From positions 1 to 27,106 of the forward strand of contig RKSK01000076.1 in assembly GCA_007570915.1 (NCBI GenBank): a stretch of 27,106 bases of DNA. Direction: 5' to 3'. The position numbers were made by a program, and so were the translations under genes. A model generated the notes under the pieces. It ran no database searches. It saw only the letters and a list, made by a program, of their open reading frames with translations, and was not told the origin of the DNA. The DNA comes from Cenarchaeum sp. (GTDB lineage Archaea; Thermoproteota; Nitrososphaeria; Nitrososphaerales; Nitrosopumilaceae). Below are positions 8,570-16,582 of the stretch, in pieces; positions within the stretch are counted from its first letter, which is position 1, and each line of letters starts with the position of its first letter.

Positions 8570-11328
8570 TGGGCGCCATACTCGCCGCAGTCATCGTCAT
8601 GGCGGTGATGGGCTCCTCGCTCTCGCTCCTCCACTCGCACCTCGAGGGCGTCGACGAGTACAACAGGCGGGCGGCCGAGGTCGCCGACGCGCACAGGCGC
8701 GCCGTCCACGAGAGCGTGGGCGTCTCGGCGGAGGGGGGCGGCGGCGGCGGCGGCGGCGCGTACACGGTCAAGATGGCCAACGAGCGCGCCGATCCGGTGG
8801 AGATCATCGAGGTGAGGTCGGTCCTGGAGGACGGGACAGTTGCGAGCCTTCCCGAGTTTGGCGGCCCGATCAGCCTCGCCGGGTTTGGGGAGGCCAGCGT
8901 GCCCTATGACGTTCCCGAGGGGGCAGCGGGGGGCGTCAACATACTCGCCGTCACGCGAATGGGCAACACGTTTGGCGCCGAGATTCGCGCGCACGGCGAC
9001 GAGCCGGACGCAACGCGGGCCACGGTCAACGGCATGGGGATCGGAAGCCGCCTCGCGCAGGCCGAGCACGCCGGCCACGTGACATACGGCTCGGGGTCAT
9101 GGAGCTCCATGGACTCAATCAGGCCCCACGTCGCAGTGGAGGGGGGCAGCCCCGACGAGCCGCCGAGCTTCGCGGCGCTACTCCTAGACTCGCCGTACGG
9201 GAGCCTGGCGACCCCGATCGACGTCACGCAGGCGCGCGCCAAGTGCCCGGGCCTCACGTGGCTAGTCGACCATCGCCGGAACCGCGCCGGCGCGGAGAGG
9301 GACATAGCGGTCTCAAACGGGTGGCTCATGGACGTTGTAAGGCTTGGCGCGTACGTGATCCACTCCGGGACGGCCCCGGGGCTCGAGCTTGCGCCCCACA
9401 CGGCCTCGTACTCGCGGTCAGGCACGCCCGAGGAGCGCGCCCTTCACGCGCGCTACTGGTACGATGTTCACAGGATGCACAGCGCGGACTATGGGCACGT
9501 CACCAAGGCGGGCCTGCCAGAGCACATGCGCTCAGCCAACCACTACAATAGCGGCTTCTACCGCGACTTCCACACACACGAGAACCACCACGGCGAGTTC
9601 TCCGTGTCGTACAACTCTACAACGCTGCAGATGCCGGGCACTGGCCTGCTCTTGCGCGACGGGTCTCGCGTGCACGTGGCGTACGAGCCCACCCTGGTCT
9701 CCGCGCTGTCAGTGTCGCAGGCCTCCCCTCCGCACTCACCACTGCACGTGGTAAACGACGCCACCCCCGTTCTCATCCAAAAGCAATGGTTCGCCTACTC
9801 GTCACTAGGATCCTACTTTACTCCCGAAAGGTGGAACACATACCACTACCCACACTTTACAGTCTCGAACGACAGGGAGGTGACCTTTGCGGCAAAAAGC
9901 TCCGGGGCGAAAATGAATTACGGCGGAGACGGGTATTTCGTGCCGCTAATGTCCTTTGTGGAGGGGACCTCGGGAAACGACGACTATGCGAGCCTTGGGG
10001 GGATAACATTCAACGCGATACGGCCAGATCCCGAGGTGCCGGAATACGGCCAGTCGAGCACCGGGGCCTGGTACGAACGGTATAACGTGGTCTTCCAGGC
10101 AACATGGGGAGACAAGTTCTGCGTGATTGCGGACAGGCCGTACGTCGTCGAGCGCACCATCGCGTCTGACGCCTCGGCCCTGGCAGTGGAGATGCCGGGG
10201 CGCAACGCGCCCTATGCGAGCCACCTCTACCTCCTCGTCAACGCCCACAGGGAGCCCGTGACGCTCAGCGCCATCTCCGCTGACGCGATAGCGGGCCTCG
10301 CCCCGTCAATCCCGTACGTGATGGAGCTTGACGGCAACGCGCTCCACTCCGGAATCACGTCCAAGCGCGGCACGATCCCGTTCGTGGAGGGCATGCCCGC
10401 GTCGTTCACGCTGCGCCTCTACCCGGACTCCGCGTCGTACCGCGGGGCCTTTAGCACGATCGTCTTTGACCCGCGAGCAGGCGAGAGCATGCGCGTCGCC
10501 GACGACGAGAACCGCGTCTACACGGTCCACACGTGGGCGCAGGTTCCGGTGGCCGGGACCGTGACGGTCAGCGACGTCGAGGTCCGCACCAGGGACGGCG
10601 CGGGGCTGCGCCTGGGGTACCTCGACGGCGAGTACTCTGCCGGCGCCGGCGACGGCGGGCGCATCTGGGTTCCGGTCATACCGGGGCACTTTTCGATACA
10701 CATGAAGGTCAACGGCGTCGACGCCGCCCTGCGGTACTCGGACGCGCTTGGGGGCAGCAACGTGAGGGTGATCCCGGCCTCCACTAGCACCGTGACGCGC
10801 GCCTCCTTTGACGCCCCAATCAACAGCATAGGCGCGTCTGCGGGCACGTCGGCGTACGCGATCGCCTCGTCCGACCTTCCAGTGGTCGCCGTAATCAGCT
10901 CGACCATGTCGGGAACCGCGCACATTGAGCACGAGCACGCCGCGCGGACGATTCGCACGTGCATGCGGGACCCGCTCACGGGCTGGGTGACGGCCCACAA
11001 GAACGGCGAGCTCGTCTATGAGAGCAGGAGGATAATAGACTACAACCCCAGCATAACGCGGTCAAGCACGGTAAACGCCGAGGGGTTTGGCGTCACGCGG
11101 GCAGACTTTGAGTATGGCCGCGTGGCGATTGACGAGACGGTGGTGGTCAATGACGTCTCTGTGGGCGACTTTGTCGAGTTTCACGTGCACGCCAACATAT
11201 ACGCCGAGCACGCATTTTCCACGGTCGAGTTCAGGTCATGGTGCGGGTGGAGGACAAACACGGCGCACGTCTCAAGCGAGGCGAGCGCGACGGCCAACAT
11301 TCACGGCGGGAGCATCATTGTCGGCTAG
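8542..11328 (+). CDS. Giant type IV pilin-like protein (class III signal peptide) / putative adhesin
   Basis: GTG 8542 gives MGRAG|VWWLVGAILAAVIVMAVMG (basic-G cleavage motif plus hydrophobic helix); pilin-like domain with 'KMANERADPVEIIEV' and 'VTRMGN'; followed by ~750 aa of beta-rich sequence; 928 aa. Confidence 0.78.
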   Translation: MGRAGVWWLVGAILAAVIVMAVMGSSLSLLHSHLEGVDEYNRRAAEVADAHRRAVHESVGVSAEGGGGGGGGAYTVKMANERADPVEIIEVRSVLEDGTVASLPEFGGPISLAGFGEASVPYDVPEGAAGGVNILAVTRMGNTFGAEIRAHGDEPDATRATVNGMGIGSRLAQAEHAGHVTYGSGSWSSMDSIRPHVAVEGGSPDEPPSFAALLLDSPYGSLATPIDVTQARAKCPGLTWLVDHRRNRAGAERDIAVSNGWLMDVVRLGAYVIHSGTAPGLELAPHTASYSRSGTPEERALHARYWYDVHRMHSADYGHVTKAGLPEHMRSANHYNSGFYRDFHTHENHHGEFSVSYNSTTLQMPGTGLLLRDGSRVHVAYEPTLVSALSVSQASPPHSPLHVVNDATPVLIQKQWFAYSSLGSYFTPERWNTYHYPHFTVSNDREVTFAAKSSGAKMNYGGDGYFVPLMSFVEGTSGNDDYASLGGITFNAIRPDPEVPEYGQSSTGAWYERYNVVFQATWGDKFCVIADRPYVVERTIASDASALAVEMPGRNAPYASHLYLLVNAHREPVTLSAISADAIAGLAPSIPYVMELDGNALHSGITSKRGTIPFVEGMPASFTLRLYPDSASYRGAFSTIVFDPRAGESMRVADDENRVYTVHTWAQVPVAGTVTVSDVEVRTRDGAGLRLGYLDGEYSAGAGDGGRIWVPVIPGHFSIHMKVNGVDAALRYSDALGGSNVRVIPASTSTVTRASFDAPINSIGASAGTSAYAIASSDLPVVAVISSTMSGTAHIEHEHAARTIRTCMRDPLTGWVTAHKNGELVYESRRIIDYNPSITRSSTVNAEGFGVTRADFEYGRVAIDETVVVNDVSVGDFVEFHVHANIYAEHAFSTVEFRSWCGWRTNTAHVSSEASATANIHGGSIIVG
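8737..8757 (+). repeat. (GGC)7 in-frame trinucleotide repeat (poly-Gly)
   Basis: Seen directly; encodes most of the Gly8 run in the pilin domain. Confidence 0.9.
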
Positions 11329-14300
11329 TGCCGCGTGCCTGGCGTGCGCCGTGCTCGCCGCCGCGCTCTGCGGCGGATGTGCCGCGCTGGCGCAGGGGGA
11401 CGACATGCCCCCCAGGCCGCTCTCGCTTTCCGCCGACGGCGCGCGCGCGCACGAGGCCGGCTCCGGCCCGCAGGCCCTCACGCTGCGAGCAATGTCGGGC
11501 TCCGAGCCCGTCGCCGGCGCGCGCCTGCGCCTCGAGCTCCTCGACGCGCCGCGATCGGCGTACTGCACGTGCGGCGAGGCCACGACGCTCCAAGACGGGA
11601 CGTTTGCCATGGAGTGGGGCTCGGCCGAGGCCGGCGCCATGACGCTGCGCGCCGAGGCCGAGGCCGACGGCCACGCGCCGGCCGTGGGGAGCTTTGCGCT
11701 GACTGCGACGGCCGCGGCGGCCAGGGCGGCGAGCGCGAGCCTCTGGGTTCCGCCCCTGATGCTCGAGGGGCACGCCTATGAGGGCGTCGTGGTCACCGCG
11801 GAGGCGCGCGCGCAGGGCGCGCGCATACTCTTGACCTCCGGCGACCCAGAGTCCCTCGAGGTGGACCGCGAGGCGATCGTCCACCCCGGCGACAACCACG
11901 CGATCTTTGGGATGCGCGCCCTCTCCGCCGGCGCGGGCCCCGTCGGGGTGTACGCGTCGATAAGCGGGCCGCTTGTGGGCGCCGAGTCACGAATATACTC
12001 GCAAAAGAGCGTCCCCTCGCGCCTCGAGGTCATCATGGCCTCAAACAGCACGGTCTCCGACGTGGTCGCCGCGTACGTCTTTGCGCTGGACGCCAACGGC
12101 GCGCCGGCGCGCGTGGCCTCAGACACGAGGGTCCGCCTGGAGGCGGCCGGCTCGCTGGAGGCGCCGCGCGAGGCGCTGATCCCCGAGGGCGGGTTTTACG
12201 CGAGGTTTTCCGTGCGCGTGCACGGCGACGGCCTGCTGCGCGCGCACGCGACGGGCCTGGAGCCAGACGACTATGCGATCACAAAGGCGAGGCGCGACGT
12301 GGGACTGCGCATAGGCGTCGCGCCCTCGCATGCCGGGGAGGACAGCCACGCGGCGTACACCGTGTGGCTCGAGGAGGGCGGCCGCCCGCGCTCCCACCAT
12401 GGCGTGCTCACGGGCCAGGTCCACACGGACAACACGCGCGTCGCCGGGTTCCTCCCCGCCTCCGCGGAGAACTCCGAGTCGGCGGGCCTGCGCATGCGCG
12501 ACGGCGTGGCCAGCGGGACGGTCTACACCCGCGAGGCCGGCGAGGCGGCGATCACGGCCTCGATCCCCGACGTGGGGACGGCCACGGCAAGGCTGCTCGT
12601 GGGCGCGGCATACTCGGCCAACGCCGCCGGGCAGGGAGAGGACGCGGCGGCCGACAGCGGCGACCTCGAGCCGGCTCCTGCCGAGTGCGCGGGCGCTCCC
12701 CCAGACGCAGAGGTCAACGGCATACGTGCGTGGGTGCACCCGTCACTCACGTCAGGGCCGGCGCGGCTTGCCGTCGCGCAGCACCACGACACCGCTGCGC
12801 CCGCGGCGTGCGCCGAGGCAATCAGGGCGGCCGAGGGCACGGACGACGACGACACGGTAGGCGAGGACTGCCTGCAGGGGGACGGGGCGTCCAAGTGCCA
12901 CGCGGTCCGCCACCCCATGGAGGCCGACGGCCGCCGCGTCTCGCTCTCCGTCTCGCCGCCCGGGGTCGACTATGACGCCTCAGTCGAGCTGGCGCACGGG
13001 CAGATGCGCTCCTTTGCGGCGAGCTTTGGCGTGCTCGCGCGCGACGTGGGAAACTATACGCTTGCGGCCACGGCGACCAACGTGGGCACGGCGCTGGCCA
13101 ACTTTAGCGCGGCGCTACCGAGCCCCCCGGGCCACTCGCTGCGAGTCGTCCCCCTCCGCGTCGCGCCGGGCGGCGAAACGCAGGACGTCGCCCTCGTCTC
13201 GATCGCCGGCCCCGGCGGCGCGCTGGTCGGCGCGCAGGACGCGTTTGGGCGCCCCGTCGAGGTCACGGTGGCCGGCGCGGGCCTCCCCGAGCGCACAATT
13301 CGCGTCTCTGGCGACTCGGCCGCGGTGAGGGCGGGCCTGGAGGGGGGCACGCGGGTCACCGCCACGGCGGCGGGCCTCGGGCGCGGGACCGCCGAGATAT
13401 CGATCCCCGGCGTCGTCGCGGGCGTCGACCTCGCGCTTCCGCAGAGCGTCCACCTGCACGAGGAGTTCCCGTTTGCGATGCACCTGGTCGACTCGCTCGG
13501 CACGCCCCTCTCGCTGGCCGGCGAGACTGCGCTTGCGGCAAGCGGCCTGGACGTGGACTGGGGGACGCGGAGGATGAGCGCGCAGCGGTCCGGCAACATC
13601 ACAATGTCGGTGCTCGCCGCGCAGGGCGCGCACGAGGCCTCCATCGGCTCCTTTGCCAACGCGCTCGGCCTTGACGTGAGGGCGTCGGCCGCCACGGCGC
13701 GCACGGGCACGCCGTTTAGGATAGACGTCATCGCGTCGGCGCCGGGCATCGGCATCGACGTGAGCTCGCCGATCCCGTGGGAGCGCGTGAGCGGCTCGAC
13801 GTCGATAGACGTCACCGCGCCCGTGCCGGGCACGTTTCCGGTCACGATAACGGCCTCAAAGAGGGGGTACGAGCCCTCGCACGAGACGCTCAGCGTGACA
13901 GTCGAAGAGTACGCCATCCTTGACGTCTCGGCGGCGGGGACCGACGGGAGGGCACTTGGCATGCGCAACGTCACGCTTATCACGCGCGCGCACGGCGGCG
14001 AGGAGCCGGAGCGCGAGATCTCGCTTCCGTGGCGCCGCGAGTACAGGGACCTCGCCTCCGCCGAGGTGGTCTTTCCGCGGGCACACGGCGGCTCGTACGC
14101 GCTCTCGGCGGTCACGGTCAACGGCGAGGACCACGCCGGCGGGCCCATACCGCTGTCCACCGGCGGGGACACCGTCGTCAGGGCGGTCTACGACCGGAGC
14201 GTCACGGTGAGCGTCGCCGGCGGCGACGTCAGCGGGGCCGGCGCGCACGCGTACGGCTCGCGCGTGACCCTCGTCGCAAGCCCCGTCGAGGCCGTGCCGC

Positions 14301-14566
14301 TGCTGGCATACGGCGTCTTTGAGGGCTGGGACGGCCTGCCCGAGGGAGCCACGGCCGAGGGCCCCACGGCGAGCTTTGTCGCAGACGGCGACGTCTCGGT
14401 GGTCGCGCGGTACCGGCAGGACTACACCGGCGCGCTGGCCGCCGCGCTCGCCGCGATGGCCGGCGTGGCCGTCTGGAGGCGCTCGAGGGGGCCCGGAGGG
14501 GTGTCGCCGGCGTGGGCGCTGGGCGAGGCCGCGCGCCGCGCGCGCGCGCGGGCGTGGAATCGTTAA
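11318..14566 (+). CDS. Large multi-Ig-like-domain surface protein with C-terminal membrane anchor
   Basis: Likely TTG start at 11318, overlapping the previous stop and giving signal MSASAACLACAVLAAALCGGCAALA. Serial beta-sandwich-like segments; an InlB-B-repeat-like unit (GAGAHAYGSRVTLVASP...FEGW...VVARY); TM helix YTGALAAALAAMAGVAVW then RRSR. The track's start at 11087 lies inside the upstream gene. Confidence 0.78.
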   Translation: MSASAACLACAVLAAALCGGCAALAQGDDMPPRPLSLSADGARAHEAGSGPQALTLRAMSGSEPVAGARLRLELLDAPRSAYCTCGEATTLQDGTFAMEWGSAEAGAMTLRAEAEADGHAPAVGSFALTATAAAARAASASLWVPPLMLEGHAYEGVVVTAEARAQGARILLTSGDPESLEVDREAIVHPGDNHAIFGMRALSAGAGPVGVYASISGPLVGAESRIYSQKSVPSRLEVIMASNSTVSDVVAAYVFALDANGAPARVASDTRVRLEAAGSLEAPREALIPEGGFYARFSVRVHGDGLLRAHATGLEPDDYAITKARRDVGLRIGVAPSHAGEDSHAAYTVWLEEGGRPRSHHGVLTGQVHTDNTRVAGFLPASAENSESAGLRMRDGVASGTVYTREAGEAAITASIPDVGTATARLLVGAAYSANAAGQGEDAAADSGDLEPAPAECAGAPPDAEVNGIRAWVHPSLTSGPARLAVAQHHDTAAPAACAEAIRAAEGTDDDDTVGEDCLQGDGASKCHAVRHPMEADGRRVSLSVSPPGVDYDASVELAHGQMRSFAASFGVLARDVGNYTLAATATNVGTALANFSAALPSPPGHSLRVVPLRVAPGGETQDVALVSIAGPGGALVGAQDAFGRPVEVTVAGAGLPERTIRVSGDSAAVRAGLEGGTRVTATAAGLGRGTAEISIPGVVAGVDLALPQSVHLHEEFPFAMHLVDSLGTPLSLAGETALAASGLDVDWGTRRMSAQRSGNITMSVLAAQGAHEASIGSFANALGLDVRASAATARTGTPFRIDVIASAPGIGIDVSSPIPWERVSGSTSIDVTAPVPGTFPVTITASKRGYEPSHETLSVTVEEYAILDVSAAGTDGRALGMRNVTLITRAHGGEEPEREISLPWRREYRDLASAEVVFPRAHGGSYALSAVTVNGEDHAGGPIPLSTGGDTVVRAVYDRSVTVSVAGGDVSGAGAHAYGSRVTLVASPVEAVPLLAYGVFEGWDGLPEGATAEGPTASFVADGDVSVVARYRQDYTGALAAALAAMAGVAVWRRSRGPGGVSPAWALGEAARRARARAWNR

Positions 14567-14568
14567 AT
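14563..14568 (+). promoter_or_regulatory. TATA box (TTAAAT) for bud32, overlapping the upstream TAA stop
   Basis: TTAAAT begins 30 nt before ATG 14593, in the same TTAAATTGG context as 1725. Confidence 0.6.
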
Positions 14569-14592
14569 TGGCCGCGCGCGCGCGGGCCCGCA

Positions 14593-15213
14593 ATGAGGCT
14601 GCTGTGCAGGGGCGCCGAGGCGGACATATACCTGGGCGAGCGCCACGGCCGCGAGGCTGTCATCAAGGTCCGCCGCGCGCGCGCGTACATTGACGCGAGC
14701 CTCGACGCGAGGCTGCGCCGCGCGCGCACAATCCGCGAGGCCCAGATGATCTCGGCCGTCAAGTCCCTCGGCGTGCCGGCCCCGCTAGTCCTCGACGTTG
14801 ACGTCGGGCGCCACACGATAGCCATGCAGCGCATACGCGGCACGGTCGTCGGGACAATGCGCGCCTCGCGCCTCGCGGCCGCATGCGCGGGCATCGGGAG
14901 GATCGCCGCGCGCCTCCACCGCGGCGGCATTGTCCACGGCGACATGACCACGTCAAACTTTGTGGCCTCGCGCGGCAGGCTGTTCGTGCTCGACCTTGGG
15001 CTGTCCTCCAGGACGAGGCGCGACGAGGACTGCGCCGTGGACCTGCGCCTCTTCAAGGAGATCCTCAACAGCGCGCACGCCGCCGACGCGAAGGCGTCGT
15101 GGGAGTCCTTTGCGTCGGCGTACGCGCCGGCCCTGGGCCGGCAGAGGTTTGCGCGCGTGTCCAGGACGCTTGCGGACATTGAGGGGAGGGGAAGGTATGC
15201 CACGGTCACGTGA
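14593..15213 (+). CDS. bud32: KEOPS complex kinase/ATPase Bud32 (t6A tRNA modification)
   Basis: RGAEADIY, VIKVRRARAY, RTIREA, catalytic HGDMTTSNF, DLGLS (DFG-equivalent), EDCAVDLRLFKEILNSAH. Confidence 0.93.
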   Translation: MRLLCRGAEADIYLGERHGREAVIKVRRARAYIDASLDARLRRARTIREAQMISAVKSLGVPAPLVLDVDVGRHTIAMQRIRGTVVGTMRASRLAAACAGIGRIAARLHRGGIVHGDMTTSNFVASRGRLFVLDLGLSSRTRRDEDCAVDLRLFKEILNSAHAADAKASWESFASAYAPALGRQRFARVSRTLADIEGRGRYATVT

Positions 15214-15793
15214 CCTCCTCCTGGCCACGTCAAACGCGCACAAGTACTCCGAGGCCCGCGGGATCCTCGCGGCCCGCGGCATACGCCTCGCCCGCCTCGA
15301 GTGCGACCTAGTCGAGATCCAGTCCGACTCGCTGGCCGAGATCGCCTCAAAAAAGGCCGCAGACGCGCTCTCGCTCTGCTCTGGGCCGGTCATTGCCGAG
15401 GACGCGGGCCTCTTTGTGGACTCGCTAAACGGGTTTCCCGGCCCGTACTCGGCGTTCGTGCACGGCACGATAGGGTGCGCCGGGATACTGCGCGCGCTCG
15501 CGCAGGGCGCTCGCGGGGCGAGCTTTTGCGCGGCCGTCGCGTACGCCGAGCCCGGCATGCGGCGCCCGCGCGTCTTCGAGTCGCGCGTGCGGGGGACGAT
15601 AGCGCGGCGCGAGCTCGGCGGGGGGTGGGGCTATGACCCGATATTCGTCCCCGAGGGCTCGGCAGGGACGTACGCGCAGATGGGGGACAAGTCGCGCGTC
15701 TCGCACAGGGCGCTAGCGCTGCAAGGGCTCGCCGACTGGCTCACGCGTACGCCGCAATCATGCGCTCAATCGGGCGCCTCGAGTTGCGCATGA
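15197..15793 (+). CDS. rdgB: RdgB/HAM1-family non-canonical purine NTP pyrophosphatase
   Basis: ATSNAHK, EIQSDSL, EDAGLFVDSLNGFPGPYS, GWGYDPIF and KSRVSHR motifs; start ATG 15197 overlaps the bud32 3' end. Confidence 0.95.
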   Translation: MPRSRDLLLATSNAHKYSEARGILAARGIRLARLECDLVEIQSDSLAEIASKKAADALSLCSGPVIAEDAGLFVDSLNGFPGPYSAFVHGTIGCAGILRALAQGARGASFCAAVAYAEPGMRRPRVFESRVRGTIARRELGGGWGYDPIFVPEGSAGTYAQMGDKSRVSHRALALQGLADWLTRTPQSCAQSGASSCA

Positions 15794-16571
15794 CGACAAT
15801 CCTGGAGGCCTCGCTCTCGTCCATGTACTCAAACGGCCCGCGCCCCGCAACGCCGCGCGCAAACTCGCGGACCTCGTCCATCTCGAGCATGCTCTCGCGC
15901 TCTAGCCTCTCCGTGGAGCGGCCCACGTGCATGTATGACTTTGCCTCGACAAAGTGCGCGCCGGAGGACTCGAGCATGCCCGCAAACGCCGCGTGCCCCG
16001 ACGGGTCCGCGTTGTGGCCGCGTATGAGCGTCACGCGGATGACGGTCCGCGTGCCGATCCCGTCTAGCAGGCCGAGCGTCTCGTTCCACCTCTCCCACGA
16101 GTCGGCATAGCGCGGGCGGTTTATGCGCATGAACGACTCGCGATCGGCGGCGTTTGCCGACAGGTAGAGCTGCGTCGGCAGCGCGCCCTCGTCGCGCAGG
16201 CGCCGGATCATCGCCGGCTCCTGCCCGTTGGTCACCAAAAAGACGGACTTTGTGGCCTCGAGGGACTTGAGGTGCCTTATGAGCGCGGGCAGGTGGGGGT
16301 ACATTGTCGGCTCGCCGGAGAGCGATATGGCGTAGTGGCTCGGGAGCTGCGCCTCGTCGATGAGCGACGCGTCGGCGGCCTCGTCGCCATAGTGGCCCAT
16401 GAGGAGGCGCCTGCGCTCGGCCATGAGGCCGCGCATCATCTCCTCGGGGTCGGCGGCCCTCGGGGCCTCGATGGCCATCGACTCGTAAAACTCGACGGGC
16501 CGCCAGCAGTAGACGCACCTGTTCTGGCAGTGCATCCCCGCCGGCGAGAACTCCATGCACCTGTGGGTCGC
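15741..16571 (-). pseudogene. taw1: 4-demethylwyosine synthase Taw1/TYW1 (radical SAM), 5'-truncated
   Basis: THRCMEFSPAG, radical-SAM CQNRCVYC, HYAISLSGEPT, FLVTNGQ, PTQLYLS, FVEAKSYMHVGRS. Similarity stops at A-T-H-R-C, and no frame upstream carries the conserved N-terminal CHW...CYK...YG segment. Confidence 0.75.
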
Positions 16572-16582
16572 GGGGGCTAGGC

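Noticed and set aside
9530-11328. Diversity-generating retroelement target
   Set aside because: No reverse transcriptase and no template/variable repeat pair differing at adenines in the window; the anomalous segment is internal, not C-terminal.
14986-15003. bud32 inactivation because DFG reads DLG
   Set aside because: The metal-binding Asp, the VIK Lys and the HGDxxxxN loop are intact; DLG is a tolerated kinase variant.
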